Positions 26,316 through 38,806 of a DNA stretch of 52,851 nt are shown here, piece after piece. Source of the DNA: Octopus sinensis (lineage: Eukaryota). The translations under genes and the position numbers were made by a program. Every line of letters begins with the position of its first letter. The stretch's first letter is position 1. The DNA lies in the NCBI RefSeq assembly GCF_006345805.1, contig NW_021833910.1, forward strand, positions 1 through 52,851, written 5' to 3'. A model generated the notes under the pieces. That model searched no databases, was not told the DNA's origin, and saw nothing but the letters and a program-made list of their open reading frames with translations.

Positions 26316-26761
26316 ACATACACATACACATATATTCTCTTTTGCTTGTTTCAGTCATTTGACTGCGGCCAAGCTACAGCACTGCCTTAATAGGGTTTAG
26401 TTAAACAAATCAGCCCCAGGATTTCTTCTTGGTAAACCTAGCATTTACTCTATCAGACTCTTTTGCCGAACCGCTAAGTTATGCTGACATACTGAGATAC
26501 ACACACCCACATTGGTTGTCAAGTGATGGTGGGGGAAGCCATGTTTCCAGGGGTCAATTATTCAAACCCAAAAGAATTCCTCTCAACACATGGCTATGTT
26601 GCTCCCCCACTACTTCTGCTCATGATCCGAGATGCACATATCGTCAGCCTCTAAGGGACCTGGTCAACTGGTTATGGTCTGGGGGTGTTAAATCAGGTGT
26701 TAAATCAGGATGAAAAATATTCACTGCGGAGAGACTTTTTGAACACCCTGTAGAAAGGATG

Positions 26762-26819
<58 letters not shown>

Positions 26820-26821
<2 letters not shown>

Positions 26822-27370
26822 GAGTGAGAGAGCAGTGCATGCCATCAAAGTGACACTGGGGTAAAATATACGAAGCCCAGTATACCCATCATGACTACCC
26901 GTCTGATAAGGGTACACCAGGCACATGCATCACAACCATATGTGCATGAGATGGTGAACTCATATCAAGATAAACAGCGCATGACCTTGCAGGTGGGGCC
27001 CAGTTAGAATTTTCTACTGGTCAAGTAGCCCATCCTGCTCAAACGGTCCCTGAATAAGGGTTGTTTAAAGATGTTGAAAAAACCACCCATGTTTCCAGAG
27101 GTGAATTATCCAAACCCCAAAGAATTACTTTCAACACATGGCTATGATGCTCCCCCACTACTTCTGCTTGTGATCAGAGATGAACATATCGTCAACCACC
27201 AAGGGACATGCTCAACTGGTTAAGGTCAAACAACTGACAAGCAAATCTGTGGTATTGAGCAGAATATTTGCTGTAGCCCATCTTTTATACCAAGACAAAA
27301 CAATGTACATGATAACACTTCCAATCAGTTAAGATCAGAAGCCATGAGAGCCACTGCCTGGTACTGCATC

Positions 27371-27416
<46 letters not shown>

Positions 27417-27965
27417 GAGTGAGAGAGCAGTGCATGCCATCAAAGTGGACACTGGGGTAAAATATACGAAGCCCAATATACCCATCATGACTACCCGTCT
27501 GATAAAGGTACACCAGGCACATGCATCACAACCATATGTGCGCGACATGGTGATCTCATATCAAGATAAAAACAGCACATGACCTTGCAGGTGGGGCCCA
27601 ATTAGAATTTTCTTCAGGTGAGTAGCCCATCCCGCTCAAACGGTCCCTGAATAAGGGTTGTTTAAGGATGTTGAAAGAACCACCCATGTTTCCAGAGGTG
27701 AACTATTCAAACCCCAAAGAATCCCTCTCAACACATGGCTATGATGCTCCCCGACTACTTCTGCTCATGATCAGAGATGCACATATCGTTAGCCACTAAG
27801 GGACATGCTCAACTGGTTAAGGTCAAACAACTGACAAGCAAATCTGTGGTATTGAGCAGAATATTTGCTGTAGCCCATCTTTTATACCAAGACAAAACAA
27901 TGTACATGATAACACTTCCAATCAGTTAAGATCAGAAGCCATGAGAGCCACTGCCTGGTACTGCA

Positions 27966-27966
<1 letters not shown>
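26820..27966 (-). mobile_element. Tandem dimer of family D interspersed repeat with (TAA)n tails
   Basis: Two ~550-bp near-identical copies (26820-27370 and 27415-27966), each preceded on the + strand by (ATT)n. A third copy lies at 31147-31484. Confidence 0.85.
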
Positions 27967-28814
<848 letters not shown>

Positions 28815-29002
28815 GGCGGCAAAATGCTTAGCAGTATTTCACCCATCTTTATGTCCTGAGTTTGAATTTTGCCAGGGTCCACTTTTGGCTTTCATCCTTT
28901 CGGGGTCGATAAAATAGGCAGCCATTGAGCACTGGGGCTGATGTGGTAGACATTTCCCCTCCCCACAAATTTCAGGCCTTGTGCCTATACTAGAAAAGAT
29001 TA

Positions 29003-29360
29003 GAATCGTTAGTACGCCAGGCGAACTGCGTAGCCGTATTTCGTCTGCCGTTACGTTCTAGGTTCAAATTCCACCAAGGTCGACTTTGCCTTTCATCCTT
29101 CAGGGGTCGATAAATTAAGTACCAGTTACACACTGGGGTCGATATAATCGACTTAATCTGTTTGTCTTTCTTTGTTTGTCCTCTCTGTGTTTAGCCCCCT
29201 GTGGCTAGTAAAGAAATATGTATTTTGTCTGTCTTTACGTTCTGAGTTCAAATTCCGCCGAGGTTGACTTTACCTTTCATCCTTTCGGGGTTGATTAAAT
29301 AAGTACCAGTTACGCACTGGGGTCGATATAATTGACTTGATCCGTTTGTCTGTCCTTGTT
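29003..29360 (+). mobile_element. SINE family A head-to-tail dimer
   Basis: First copy ends gtagtaaagaaata-like (gctagtaaagaaata) and restarts at tgtattttgtctgtctttacgttctgagttc at about 29219. Confidence 0.85.
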
Positions 29361-29376
29361 TGTCCCCTCTATGATT

Positions 29377-29533
29377 ATATCGACCCCAGTGTGTAACTGG
29401 TACTTATTTAATCGACCCCGAAAGGATGAAAGGCAAAGTCGACCTCGGCGGAATTTGAACTCAGAACGTAGCGGCAGACGAAATACCGCTGAGCATTTCG
29501 CCCAGCGTGCTAACGATTCTGCCAGCTCGCCAC
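29377..29533 (-). mobile_element. SINE family A, 5' part
   Basis: atcgaccccagtg…ctaacgattctgccagctcgcc. Confidence 0.9.
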
Positions 29534-30039
29534 CACCACCACACCACCACCACCACCACCACCATCGCCGTCATGAGAACCAGTACTTACCTGGTACTTC
29601 GCTTTATCAAACCCCTAGAAGCATGAAAGGCAAAAACTGACCTCAGCAGGAATTGAACTCAGAACGTAAGGGGTTGGAACGAATACCAGAAATCATTTTG
29701 TTTGGTGGTCTAACATTTCTGCTAAATAACAATAAGAACTCTTAAACTGCTCCCTGAGAGGCTGAAGGACATTGAAATTAAGACACGTATTGTCATTCTG
29801 CAGTAAAGAGCATTCTTCATTTTGAAGAATCTTATGAAAGAATCTTAAGAGTTAAGGAGACTAGTTGTCACCAACCTTCAGTATAATAGCTCAGCTAATT
29901 AAATTAGAATGCAACAACTTTCGAATAATAATAAGAATAACGATGATGGTGGTAATGATGATGATGATGATGAGATTTCAAATTTTTTGTACAAGATCAG
30001 AGATTTTGAAGGAGGGTGGGGGGCTAAATCAATTACATT

Positions 30040-30195
30040 GACCCCCCCTCAGCACTCAAATGGTATTTAATTTATCGACCCCGAGGATGAAAGGCCAAAG
30101 TCCACCTCGGTGGAATTTGAACTCAGAACGTAACGGTAGACGAAATACCGCTAAGCATTTTGCCCAGCATGCTAACAATTCTGCCAGCTCGCTAT
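30040..30195 (-). mobile_element. SINE family A, 5' part
   Basis: Homologous to 29377-29533. Confidence 0.85.
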
Positions 30196-30226
30196 CTTAA
30201 TAATAATAATAATAATAATATAATAA

Positions 30227-30257
<31 letters not shown>

Positions 30258-30280
30258 AAAAATAATAATAATAATAATAA

Positions 30281-31003
30281 GCCTCCCCACCAGAAATTAC
30301 CAAAACATGTAATGAAAAGAAATATAACAAGTAACTGCAGAATATGTGGAGATGGACAAGAAACAATAAATAATCATATTATCTCTGGCTGCCCAGTCCT
30401 GGCTAAGAAGGAATATATTCACAGACATGACAGAGTTGGACCTACATACACTGGAAGCTATGCCAACATTATGGAATAACAACAGAAAAAAGATGGTATA
30501 GGCACACACCAGAAAAGGTCACGAAAACGAGAAAGCAACCATACTCTGGGATATGCCGATACACACAGATAGAGAATTAAGGCCAAAAGACCAGATACAG
30601 TTGTCAGAGATCATGAAGAAAAAAAATGCTTTCTAATTGATGTATCAATACCGGCAGATGACAACGTGTCTCTAAAAGAAATGGAGAAACTTCAAAATAC
30701 AAAGACCTGGAAATAGAGGTAACCAGAATGTGGGACCTAAAAACAGAAACAATTCCTATCATAGTAGGTGCATTAGGCATGATAAAAAAATATTCAGACA
30801 AATACATAACAAAACAACCCAGGACTTACAAATACATATAACATACAGAAAATTGCACTACTAGGCACTGCACACATCCTACGCAGAACACTTTCAATAC
30901 AGTAACCATCAGAGCATCACAACAAATCACAGCACATACCCAAGGCACACAGAGCTGTGCTCGGTAGTGAAGTGAAAGCACGCTATAAAAATAAAACTAC
31001 TGA
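30281..31003 (+). mobile_element. 5'-truncated R4/Dong-like non-LTR retrotransposon (zinc knuckle plus restriction-like endonuclease), frameshifted
   Basis: Manual translation gives NCRICGDGQETINNHIISGCPVLAKKEYIHRHDRV, then RPDTVVRDHEEKKCFLIDVSIP, KYKDL and the C-terminal LGTAHILRRTLS. Flanked by (TAA)n on both sides, the known Dong target. Confidence 0.85.
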
Positions 31004-31066
31004 ATAATAATAATAATAATAGTAATAGTAATAATAATAATAGTAATAGTAATAATAATAATAGTA

Positions 31067-31097
<31 letters not shown>

Positions 31098-31146
31098 TAG
31101 CAATAATAATAATAATAATTATAATAATAATACTGATAATAATAAT

Positions 31147-31482
31147 GGGGGAGCATCATAGCATATGTGTTGAGAGGGATTCTTTGGGGTTTGAATAATT
31201 CACCTTTGGAAACAGGGGTGTTTCGTTCAACATCCTTAAACAACCCTTAATCAGGGACCTTTTGAGCGGGATGGGTTACTCGACCCGAAGAAAATTCTAA
31301 CTGGGCTCCACCTGCAAGGTCATGTGCTGTTTATCTTGATATGAGATCACCATGTCGCGCACATACGGTTGTGATGCATGTGCCTGGTGTACCCTTATCA
31401 GACGGGTAGTCATGATGGGTATATTGGGTTTCATATATTTTACCCCAGTGTCACTTTGATGGCATGAACTGCTCTCTCACTC

Positions 31483-31484
<2 letters not shown>
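31147..31484 (+). mobile_element. Family D repeat, 3' part with (TAA)n tail
   Basis: Reverse complement of the 26820 unit, embedded in TAA repeats. Confidence 0.85.
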
Positions 31485-31525
<41 letters not shown>

Positions 31526-31676
31526 TTGATGCAGTACCAGACACTGTTTTCTGATATTTACACAGACTTTTCTTTTTCACAAAACCCTTTTTTTTTTATC
31601 GTCCTGTGTTTGTCCTTTAATGTTTTTGATTTATATTAACCCTTGTGGCCAATAAAACCAGAATTAATTATTATTA

Positions 31677-31719
<43 letters not shown>

Positions 31720-31925
31720 CTCTCTTCCTTCTTTCAGTCATTTGACTGTGGCCATGCTGGAGCACTGCCTTTAGTCGAGCAAATCGAACCCAGGACTTAT
31801 TCTTTGTAAGTACTTATGCTATCGGTCTATTTTGCTGAACCACTAAGTTACGGGGACGCAAACACACCAGCAACTTTTGTCAAGCGATGTTGCGGGGACA
31901 AACACACACATACACACACACACAT
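31720..31925 (-). mobile_element. SINE family B, 3' half
   Basis: ctttcagtcatttgactgtggccatgctggagcac…ggggacaaacacac. Confidence 0.85.
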
Positions 31926-32160
31926 ATATATAAACGCGGAGTAGACGAAACAGGGACAACTGAAGAAGGGGAATATTCCTTGTGTTGTATGTCTTGTACT
32001 CTGTTTTTTCGTTGTTTGAAAAAAAGTTCGCTTCCATGTTTTTGTTTTTATGTTTTCGTCCTTCATTGTGTTCAACGTTTTTTGATGTCCTGTACCCATA
32101 TATGCATGTATATATACATATAGATGTAAGTATATACATATATGTATGCATATATGCATA

Positions 32161-32384
32161 TACTCTTTTACTCTTTTACTTGTTTCAGTCATTTGACTGC
32201 GGCCATGCTGGAGCACCGCCTTTAATCGAGCAACTCGACCCCGGGGCTTATTCTTTTGTAAGCCCAGTACTTATTCTATCGGTCTCTCTTTTGCTGAACC
32301 GCTAAGTAACGGGGACATAAACAAACCAGCATCGGTTGTCAAGCAATGCTAGGAGGACAAACACAGATACACAACACACACACA

Positions 32385-32459
<75 letters not shown>

Positions 32460-32622
32460 TACGATGGGCTTCTTTCAGTTTCCATCTACCAAATCCACTC
32501 ACAAGGCTTTGGTCGGCCCGAGGCTATAGTAGAAGACACTTGCCCAAGGTGCCACGCAGTGGGACTGAACCCAGAACCATGTGGTCCGTAAGCAAGCTAC
32601 TTACTACACAGCCACTCCTGCA
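32161..32622 (-). mobile_element. SINE family B, full length
   Basis: Colinear reverse complement of 18079-18486. Confidence 0.9.
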
Positions 32623-32666
32623 CCTATATATATATATACATTTATATATATACATTTATATATACA

Positions 32667-32725
32667 CTAGCAGAGATACCCAGCGTTGCCCGGTTACATT
32701 CAATTGAAGAATTAGACTTTTCTGT

Positions 32726-32765
<40 letters not shown>

Positions 32766-33190
32766 TATTAATATAAATACATGAAAGTACATGAAGTTTG
32801 TTAAAAAAAAAGGGGATCATGTATATACCTCCTGGCTGTTGAGATTATAACACCTCGTTGTAAACAATGTTCCTTGTTTTTCCTTGTGGAGCATATACAA
32901 AAAGGTTTCTTTTGCTTCCTACTCTTGAGCAGCCAACATACAGTTGCCCACGCGAGAAGCAGGGCTCTTCCACGAGAAGACCAGCTATAGATAGGGTTTG
33001 ACCCTGAGATTTGTTAATGGACATGGCAAAGCTGACACGAAGGGGGAATTGCAGTCTTCTGAATGTAAATGGAATTTCTGCTCCTGATGGAGTAAGAGGA
33101 AATCTTGGAATAAAGACGTCATCAGCTTTTCCACATCCAGAAAGAATGATCGCCTCCATAACGTGTGACATCATTTTCTTTATCACTATT
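32667..33190 (-). mobile_element. Helitron 3' end with PIF1-like helicase C-terminal fragment
   Basis: ORF 32845-33186 has RLQFPLRVSFAMSINKSQGQTL…CFSRGQLYVGCSRV, the helicase motifs of RepHel proteins. The minus-strand 3' terminus is the hairpin ccgggcaacgctggg followed by CTAG|T at 32667. Confidence 0.9.
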
Positions 33191-34005
33191 CATGTTTGAA
33201 AGTGTTCCCAACAGTTATTAGTTGTAGTGGTAGAGTGTTTATGCCGAATATGTACGTATGCATGTATATATATGTATGTATGCCTGTATATATGTACAAA
33301 ATCCACTGGTCTGAGGCTACAGCAGTAGACACATGCCAAGTCACCACACAGTGGGATTGAACCCAGGACCATGTGTTTGGAACGTAGTTTGTTGCCACAC
33401 CTGCTCCTATGTATGTGTGTGTGTGTGTGCGCGTATGTGTGTATGGGTAGATATATTATGCATGTATATATGTGTATATATATGTGTACATATTACATGT
33501 ACATCTATATATAGACATCTACACATAAATTACAAAATACAAAGTTATATCTTGATATCGCTAGTGATAACAATACTCAAAATATATAACAGACTGGAAT
33601 TGTAGGCCCGTCTCTTGCAATTTCGATCAATTGGATCTTGTCCTCCCTCTTGTATAGAAGTGTACGGCTGCAGCGAAATTCATTTTTGGACTTTTTTCTA
33701 TCGGAGGCATTTTAACAAAAATGCTTCCGTAAAGACGGTGGAAATATTGTCAATTTTCCCAAACAGGGACACAATTCAATTTTTAAACAATAACCAAAGT
33801 CCCTTCTCCGAAAGGAGGAGGGTTACGGTTTACAATTATTTAAGAAATGCAACACAACAACGTTTCCCTGACGAGGAACCAACAAACGTGATTACAATAG
33901 TCAAACAGTAATAATAATAACAACAAACCTTTTTAATGTATCCCCATTTATGTGAAACCACTTATTCAAGTTCAAGTCATTGATGCAATTTTATACGAAT
34001 TGCTA

Positions 34006-34040
<35 letters not shown>

Positions 34041-34099
34041 ATAAGGGTGAAAAATTGAATATTAATTTGATTAATATGAATTGAAAACCAGCGGTGTAG

Positions 34100-34461
34100 C
34101 ATATAAGATCACAGCGGATCTTCTTCTAGCAAAAAGGATGACCACTATTAATGGTTCATCCCTGTTATATAATACTTTCATTTTAATAGTTTCAGTATTA
34201 AAATGAAAGTGTCTGCATTACAATAGAGAGATGTTTTTGTTTCACTTTTAACACATAATACTGAAATAGTGGAGAAGATATGATATTGCTGTGGGGTCAC
34301 CCTGGGGAAAAAGTTAACATTTTTTTGGCCGATGACACTCCCCGGACCATAAGTAAGGCATGTGTAAAATTTGAATGAAATTGGTTGCGTAGTTCTCAAG
34401 TTTTAGGGAAACGCACAGACAGACAGACAGACACACATTCTCAGTTTTATATATATATAGA
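34100..34461 (-). mobile_element. Helitron 5' terminus, possibly of the same element as 32667-33190
   Basis: Minus strand reads A|TCTATATATATATAAAACTGAGAATGTGTGTCTGTCTGTCTG, a typical Helitron 5' start. The left boundary is approximate. Confidence 0.6.
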
Positions 34462-34547
34462 TGCATATATATACATATACATAATATAAATAACATATAA
34501 ATATATATATTTATATATTATTTATATTATTATATATATTTAGACAT

Positions 34548-34716
34548 ATATACGACAGGCTTCTTTCAGTTTCCGTCTACCAAATCTACTAACAAGGCTT
34601 CGGTCGGCCCGAGGCTATAGTAGAAGACACTTGCCCAAGGTGCCACAGAGTGGGACTGAACCTCGAGCCATGTGGTTGGTAAGCAAGCTACTTACCAAAC
34701 AGCCACTCCTACGCCC
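34548..34716 (-). mobile_element. SINE family B, 5' half
   Basis: tacgacaggcttctttcagtttccgtctacc…cttaccaaacagccactcctacgccc. Confidence 0.9.
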
Positions 34717-34720
34717 TTTG

Positions 34721-34803
34721 AAAATATATGGAGCCCTTCATAAATTCGCGTGTCATCCTTGCGCAGGAGCCATTCTAATCTTCTCTGCATCGTTCCAATT
34801 TTG
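34721..34803 (-). pseudogene. U6: U6 snRNA pseudogene, 5' end missing or diverged
   Basis: Reverse complement: aattggaacgatgcagagaagattagaatggctcctgcgcaaggatgacacgcgaatttatgaagggctccatatatttt. The AGC triad is mutated to AGA and ACAGAGA to GCAGAGA. Confidence 0.9.
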
Positions 34804-34844
34804 GAGCATGTTTTCAACATTTTGATGTATGTCTTCACAGCATT

Positions 34845-35670
34845 GGGATCTTTTCCATTTGAACGGCAGTTTTTAACATAATTTCTAGGTAACTAAAAAA
34901 TTTTAAACTTCGTATACTGATAGAATGTGTTTATAAAACATCTTTTTCTCTTGGCTTTATTGAGAAAATTCTATAGTTTGTAAGATATCTGTTGATTTTT
35001 TTCTTCAATTTCTGCAATTTCAACCAATCACTGAAGTCTATTAAGGTAAAAAAAACATTCTGTGCCGTATAAATATGTCCCTCATTTAAGAAACAGATTG
35101 GGTTTACTCTTTTACTCTTTTACTTGTTTCAGTCATTTGACTGCAGCCATGCTGGAGCACCGCCTTTAATTGAGCAACTCGACCCCGGGACTTATTCTTT
35201 GTAAGCCCAGTACTTATTCTGTCTGTCTCTTTTGCTGAACCGCTAGGTGACGGGGACATAAACACACCAGCATCGGTTGTCAAACGATGTTGGGGGGACA
35301 AACACAGACATACAAACATACACGCACACATACATATATATATATATATATATACATATATACGATGGGCTTCTTTCAGTTTCCGTCTACCAAATCCACT
35401 CACAAGGCTTTGGTCGGCCCGAAGCTATAGTAGAAGACACTTGCCCAAGGTGCCACGCAGTGGGACTGAACGCGGAACCATGTGGTCGGTAAACAAGCTA
35501 CTTACCACACAGCCACTCCTACAAGAAAAACAAGATACCCTTCTCCCCACCCCTAACCCTAACCCTAAAACAAATTGAAATGCAATAGATCGATACTAGG
35601 GTCATAATTATGGGTAACAATTTCCTATGACACCGCTAGAAAAAACTGCCGTTCAAACCGAAAAAATCCC
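34845..35670. mobile_element. Non-autonomous TIR DNA transposon with a nested SINE B
   Basis: About 30-bp TIRs: gggatcttttccatttgaacggcagttttt and aaaaactgccgttcaaaccgaaaaaatccc. Flanked by the direct repeat agcatt. Confidence 0.75.
35105..35521 (-). mobile_element. SINE family B, full length, nested in the TIR element
   Basis: Colinear reverse complement of 18079-18486. Confidence 0.9.
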
Positions 35671-36112
35671 AGCATTGAAGGGTCCCATCAGTACTACTGA
35701 GGTATGTGAAGTATTGAGTACATAGACGCTCGTGAAATACCACATAGTCTACACAACTACCACATAGTACTACAGCATAAACTACTGTACACAACACTGC
35801 AGCATTATAGTTGCACCAATATTGACCGCCAATCTTCTCATCGGTAATACAATTGGAATGTAAAACGGCCAACATCGTTAGAATAACATTCATTTGAGGA
35901 TAATTCGCTCGGTAACTTAATTAAAACGTCCAGATTATTTCCTCTTCGTGATCAATGCGCTTTTGTAATTGATTTTTAACTAATAATTGGACTGAAATTG
36001 AAATCATTAGTTAATTAATAACGATTGATTACTAATTTTTAACTGAAATCTGGATGGATGATAGTGAACACTGCGTAGATTTAGGTTCAATATATATAAA
36101 TATGTATATATA

Positions 36113-36150
<38 letters not shown>

Positions 36151-36243
36151 AGAGTAAAACATAAATGTGAACAAGGTGAAAAAAGAATACTCAAATACCA
36201 GTGGTAGAGTAATATGCTTTATTTAAAGCAGCAGAAAATTCAA

Positions 36244-36293
36244 CAAAACCTGTTACTCTGAGTTTCACGTTGCCGTTCATCGGACAGTTTTTG
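36244..36293 (-). ncRNA. Candidate hammerhead ribozyme, inverted copy of 36333-36382
   Basis: Exact reverse complement of the + strand motif. Confidence 0.7.
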
Positions 36294-36332
36294 CTAGAAT
36301 AGAACCGATATGTCAATTCTATTCTATTCTAG

Positions 36333-36382
36333 CAAAAACTGTCCGATGAACGGCAACGTGAAACTCAGAGTAACAGGTTTTG
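36333..36382 (+). ncRNA. Candidate type I hammerhead ribozyme (core CCGAUGA)
   Basis: CAAAAACUGU-CCGAUGA-ACG(GCAA)CGU-GAAA-CUCAGAG-U-A-ACAGGUUUUG. Stem I 9/10 bp, GNRA-capped stem II, near-palindromic stem III ACUC-A-GAGU, GUA cleavage triplet. Confidence 0.7.
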
Positions 36383-36414
36383 TTGAATTTTCTGCTGCTT
36401 TAAATAAAGCATAT

Positions 36415-36729
36415 ATGTATATATATATATAATATATATATATATATATTATATATATATATATATATACATGTATATATATGCATATATATATACATGT
36501 ATATATATATTCATGTATATATATGTATATATATATATACATGTATATATATATATATATATACATGTATATACATGTATATAATATATATACATGTATA
36601 TATATATACATGTATATATATATATATATATATACATGTATATACATGTATATATATATATATACATGTATATATATATATATATAATACATGTATATAC
36701 ATGTATATTATATATACATGTATATATAT

Positions 36730-36771
<42 letters not shown>

Positions 36772-36775
36772 ATAT
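36415..36775. repeat. (TA)n microsatellite interspersed with TACATG
   Basis: Direct inspection. Confidence 0.95.
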
Positions 36776-37038
36776 ATTTCTTTTCTTTTACTTGTTTCAG
36801 TCATCTGACTGCGGCCATGCTGGAGCACCATCTTTTAGTCGAGCAAATGTGAATAAATAAGCATTGTGTTTGGCAGAATAATCTGTGACTGACCCAAACA
36901 TTCTACCTGTTTTAAGCTCAAAGTGACCAGATCCAGCCTTTCACACCTACCCTACAACGTCATTCAAAAAATAAACGATCATGTCATTGATATCTTGAAG
37001 AAATGCATGTAATTAATTCAAAACAATGTGAATAGATA

Positions 37039-38806
37039 CCGTAAATCCTCGAGTATAATCCGCATTTTTTCCCCCCAAAATTTAAAGGTCAAAATCCCTA
37101 GTGCTTACTATATACGGGGTTAAAAATGAAAATTATTTTCTAAGCAATGTCCGAGTCTCTATTTGCTGTCTGGCAATGTTTATTCAGACACATTTTGTGA
37201 TGTCGGGCGCGAAAATACCTTAAGCTAAGCCTGAAAGCAATGAAGTCATAAAAGAATCCTCCATAACTTGCAGTAAGCAACATTTATTAAACGTTATTAC
37301 TGATAAAGGCGGCGAGCTGGCAGAAGCGTTTAAGGCGGCGAGCTGGCAGAAACGTTTAAGGCGGCGAGCTGGCAGAAGCGTTTAAGGCGGCGAGCTGGCA
37401 GAAGCGTTTAAGGCGGCGAGCTGGCAGAAGCGTTTAAGGCGGCGAGCTGGCAGAAACGTTTAAGGCGGCGAGCTGGCAGAAACGTTTAAGGCGGCGAGCT
37501 GGCAGAAGCGTTTAAGGCGGCGAGCTGGCAGAAACGTTTAAGGCGGCGAGCTGGCAGAAACGTTAAGGAGGTAAGGCGGCGAGCTGGCGAAACGTTTAAG
37601 GCGGCGAGCTGGCAGAACGTTTAAGGCGGCGAGCTGGCAAAACGTTTAAGGCGGCGAGCTGGCAGAACGTTTAAGGCGGCGAGCTGGCAGAAACGTTTAA
37701 GGCGGCGAGCTGGCAGAACGTTTAAGGCGGCGAGCTGCAGAAACGTTTAAGGCGGCGAGCTGCAGAAGCGTTTAAGGCGGCGAGCTGGCAGAAACGTTTA
37801 AGGCGGCGAGCTGGCAGAAACGTTTAAGGCGGCGAGCTGGCAGAAACGTTTAAGGCGGCGAGCTGGCAGAAACGTTTAAGGCGGCGAGCTGGCAGAAGCG
37901 TTTAAGGCGGCGAGCTGGCAGAAACGTTTAAGGCGGCGAGCTGGCAGAAACGTTTAAGGCGGCGAGCTGGCAGAAACATTAGCAGGCCGGGCGAAATGCA
38001 TAGCCGTATTTCGTCTCCTGTTAAGTTCTGAGTTCAAATTCCGCCAAGGTCAACTTTGCCTTTCATCCTTTCAGGGTCGATTAAATAAGTACCAGTTACG
38101 CACTGGAGTCGATATAATCGACTTAATCCGTTTGTCTGTCCTTGTTTGTCCCCTCTGTGTTTAGCCCCTTGTGGGTAGTAAAGAAATAGGTATTGCTGTT
38201 ATTTCTTTATTTTCTGCAAACAAAATGCACAAAAAGGCTACACGTTTGCATCAAGTTATATATACAATAATAATAAAGGATGTTACCGTATACATTTTTA
38301 CAAACCAAGGACGTTATATAGACCTCCTTGACTCAAGTTAGAGAAGGGGTGCATATTATACACAAGGTTTAGGTTTTTCAGAGGTACAGACCCCTAAAAA
38401 TCCCCTGCGTATTATACTCAAGGGTGGACTATACTTGAGGATTTACAGTACATTTTTACAAACCAAGGATGTTATACAGACTTCCTTGACTCAAGTTAGA
38501 GAAAGGGTGCGTATTATACACAAGGTTTAGGTTTTTCAGGGGTACAGCCCCCTAAAAATTCCCTGCGTATTATACTCAAGGGCGGACTATACTTGAGGAT
38601 TTATGGTATACTTTTACAAACCAAGGATGTTATATAAACTTCCTTGACTCAAGTTAGAGACGTGGTACGTATTATACACAAGGTTTAGGTTTTTCAGAGT
38701 TACAGACCCCTAAAAATCCCCTGCGTATTATACTCAAGGGTGGACTATACTCGAGGATTTACAGTACATTTTTACTCAAGGGCGGACTATACTCGAGGAT
38801 TTACGG
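37039..38806. mobile_element. Non-autonomous Tc1/mariner-superfamily (pogo/Tc2-like) element with TA TSD
   Basis: TIR CCGTAAATCCTCGAGTATA(A/G)TCCGC at both ends (24/25 identical), with TA at 37037-38 and 38807-08. Contains a nested SINE A and a reiterated right end. Confidence 0.85.
37306..38195 (+). mobile_element. SINE family A whose first 26 bp are tandemly amplified about 26 times
   Basis: (aggcggcgagctggcagaa[a/g]cgttta)n from 37306 to about 37978, then the normal SINE body through gtagtaaagaaatagg. Confidence 0.9.

Larger units (their letters stand above)
36148..36414. mobile_element. Penelope-like LTR-type repeat (family P2) with an inverted partial copy, in (TA)n
   Basis: Perfect 93-bp inverted repeat (36212-36304 and 36322-36414) with a 17-nt spacer. 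Each arm holds a hammerhead-like motif. TA arrays lie on both sides. Confidence 0.65.

Noticed and set aside
35551-35568. Interstitial telomere or chromosome fusion site
   Set aside because: Only three TTAGGG units, located inside a TIR element.
34721-35676. Dada-type (U6-targeting) transposon insertion
   Set aside because: The element lies about 40 bp outside the recognisable U6 sequence and has clear TIRs, which Dada elements lack.
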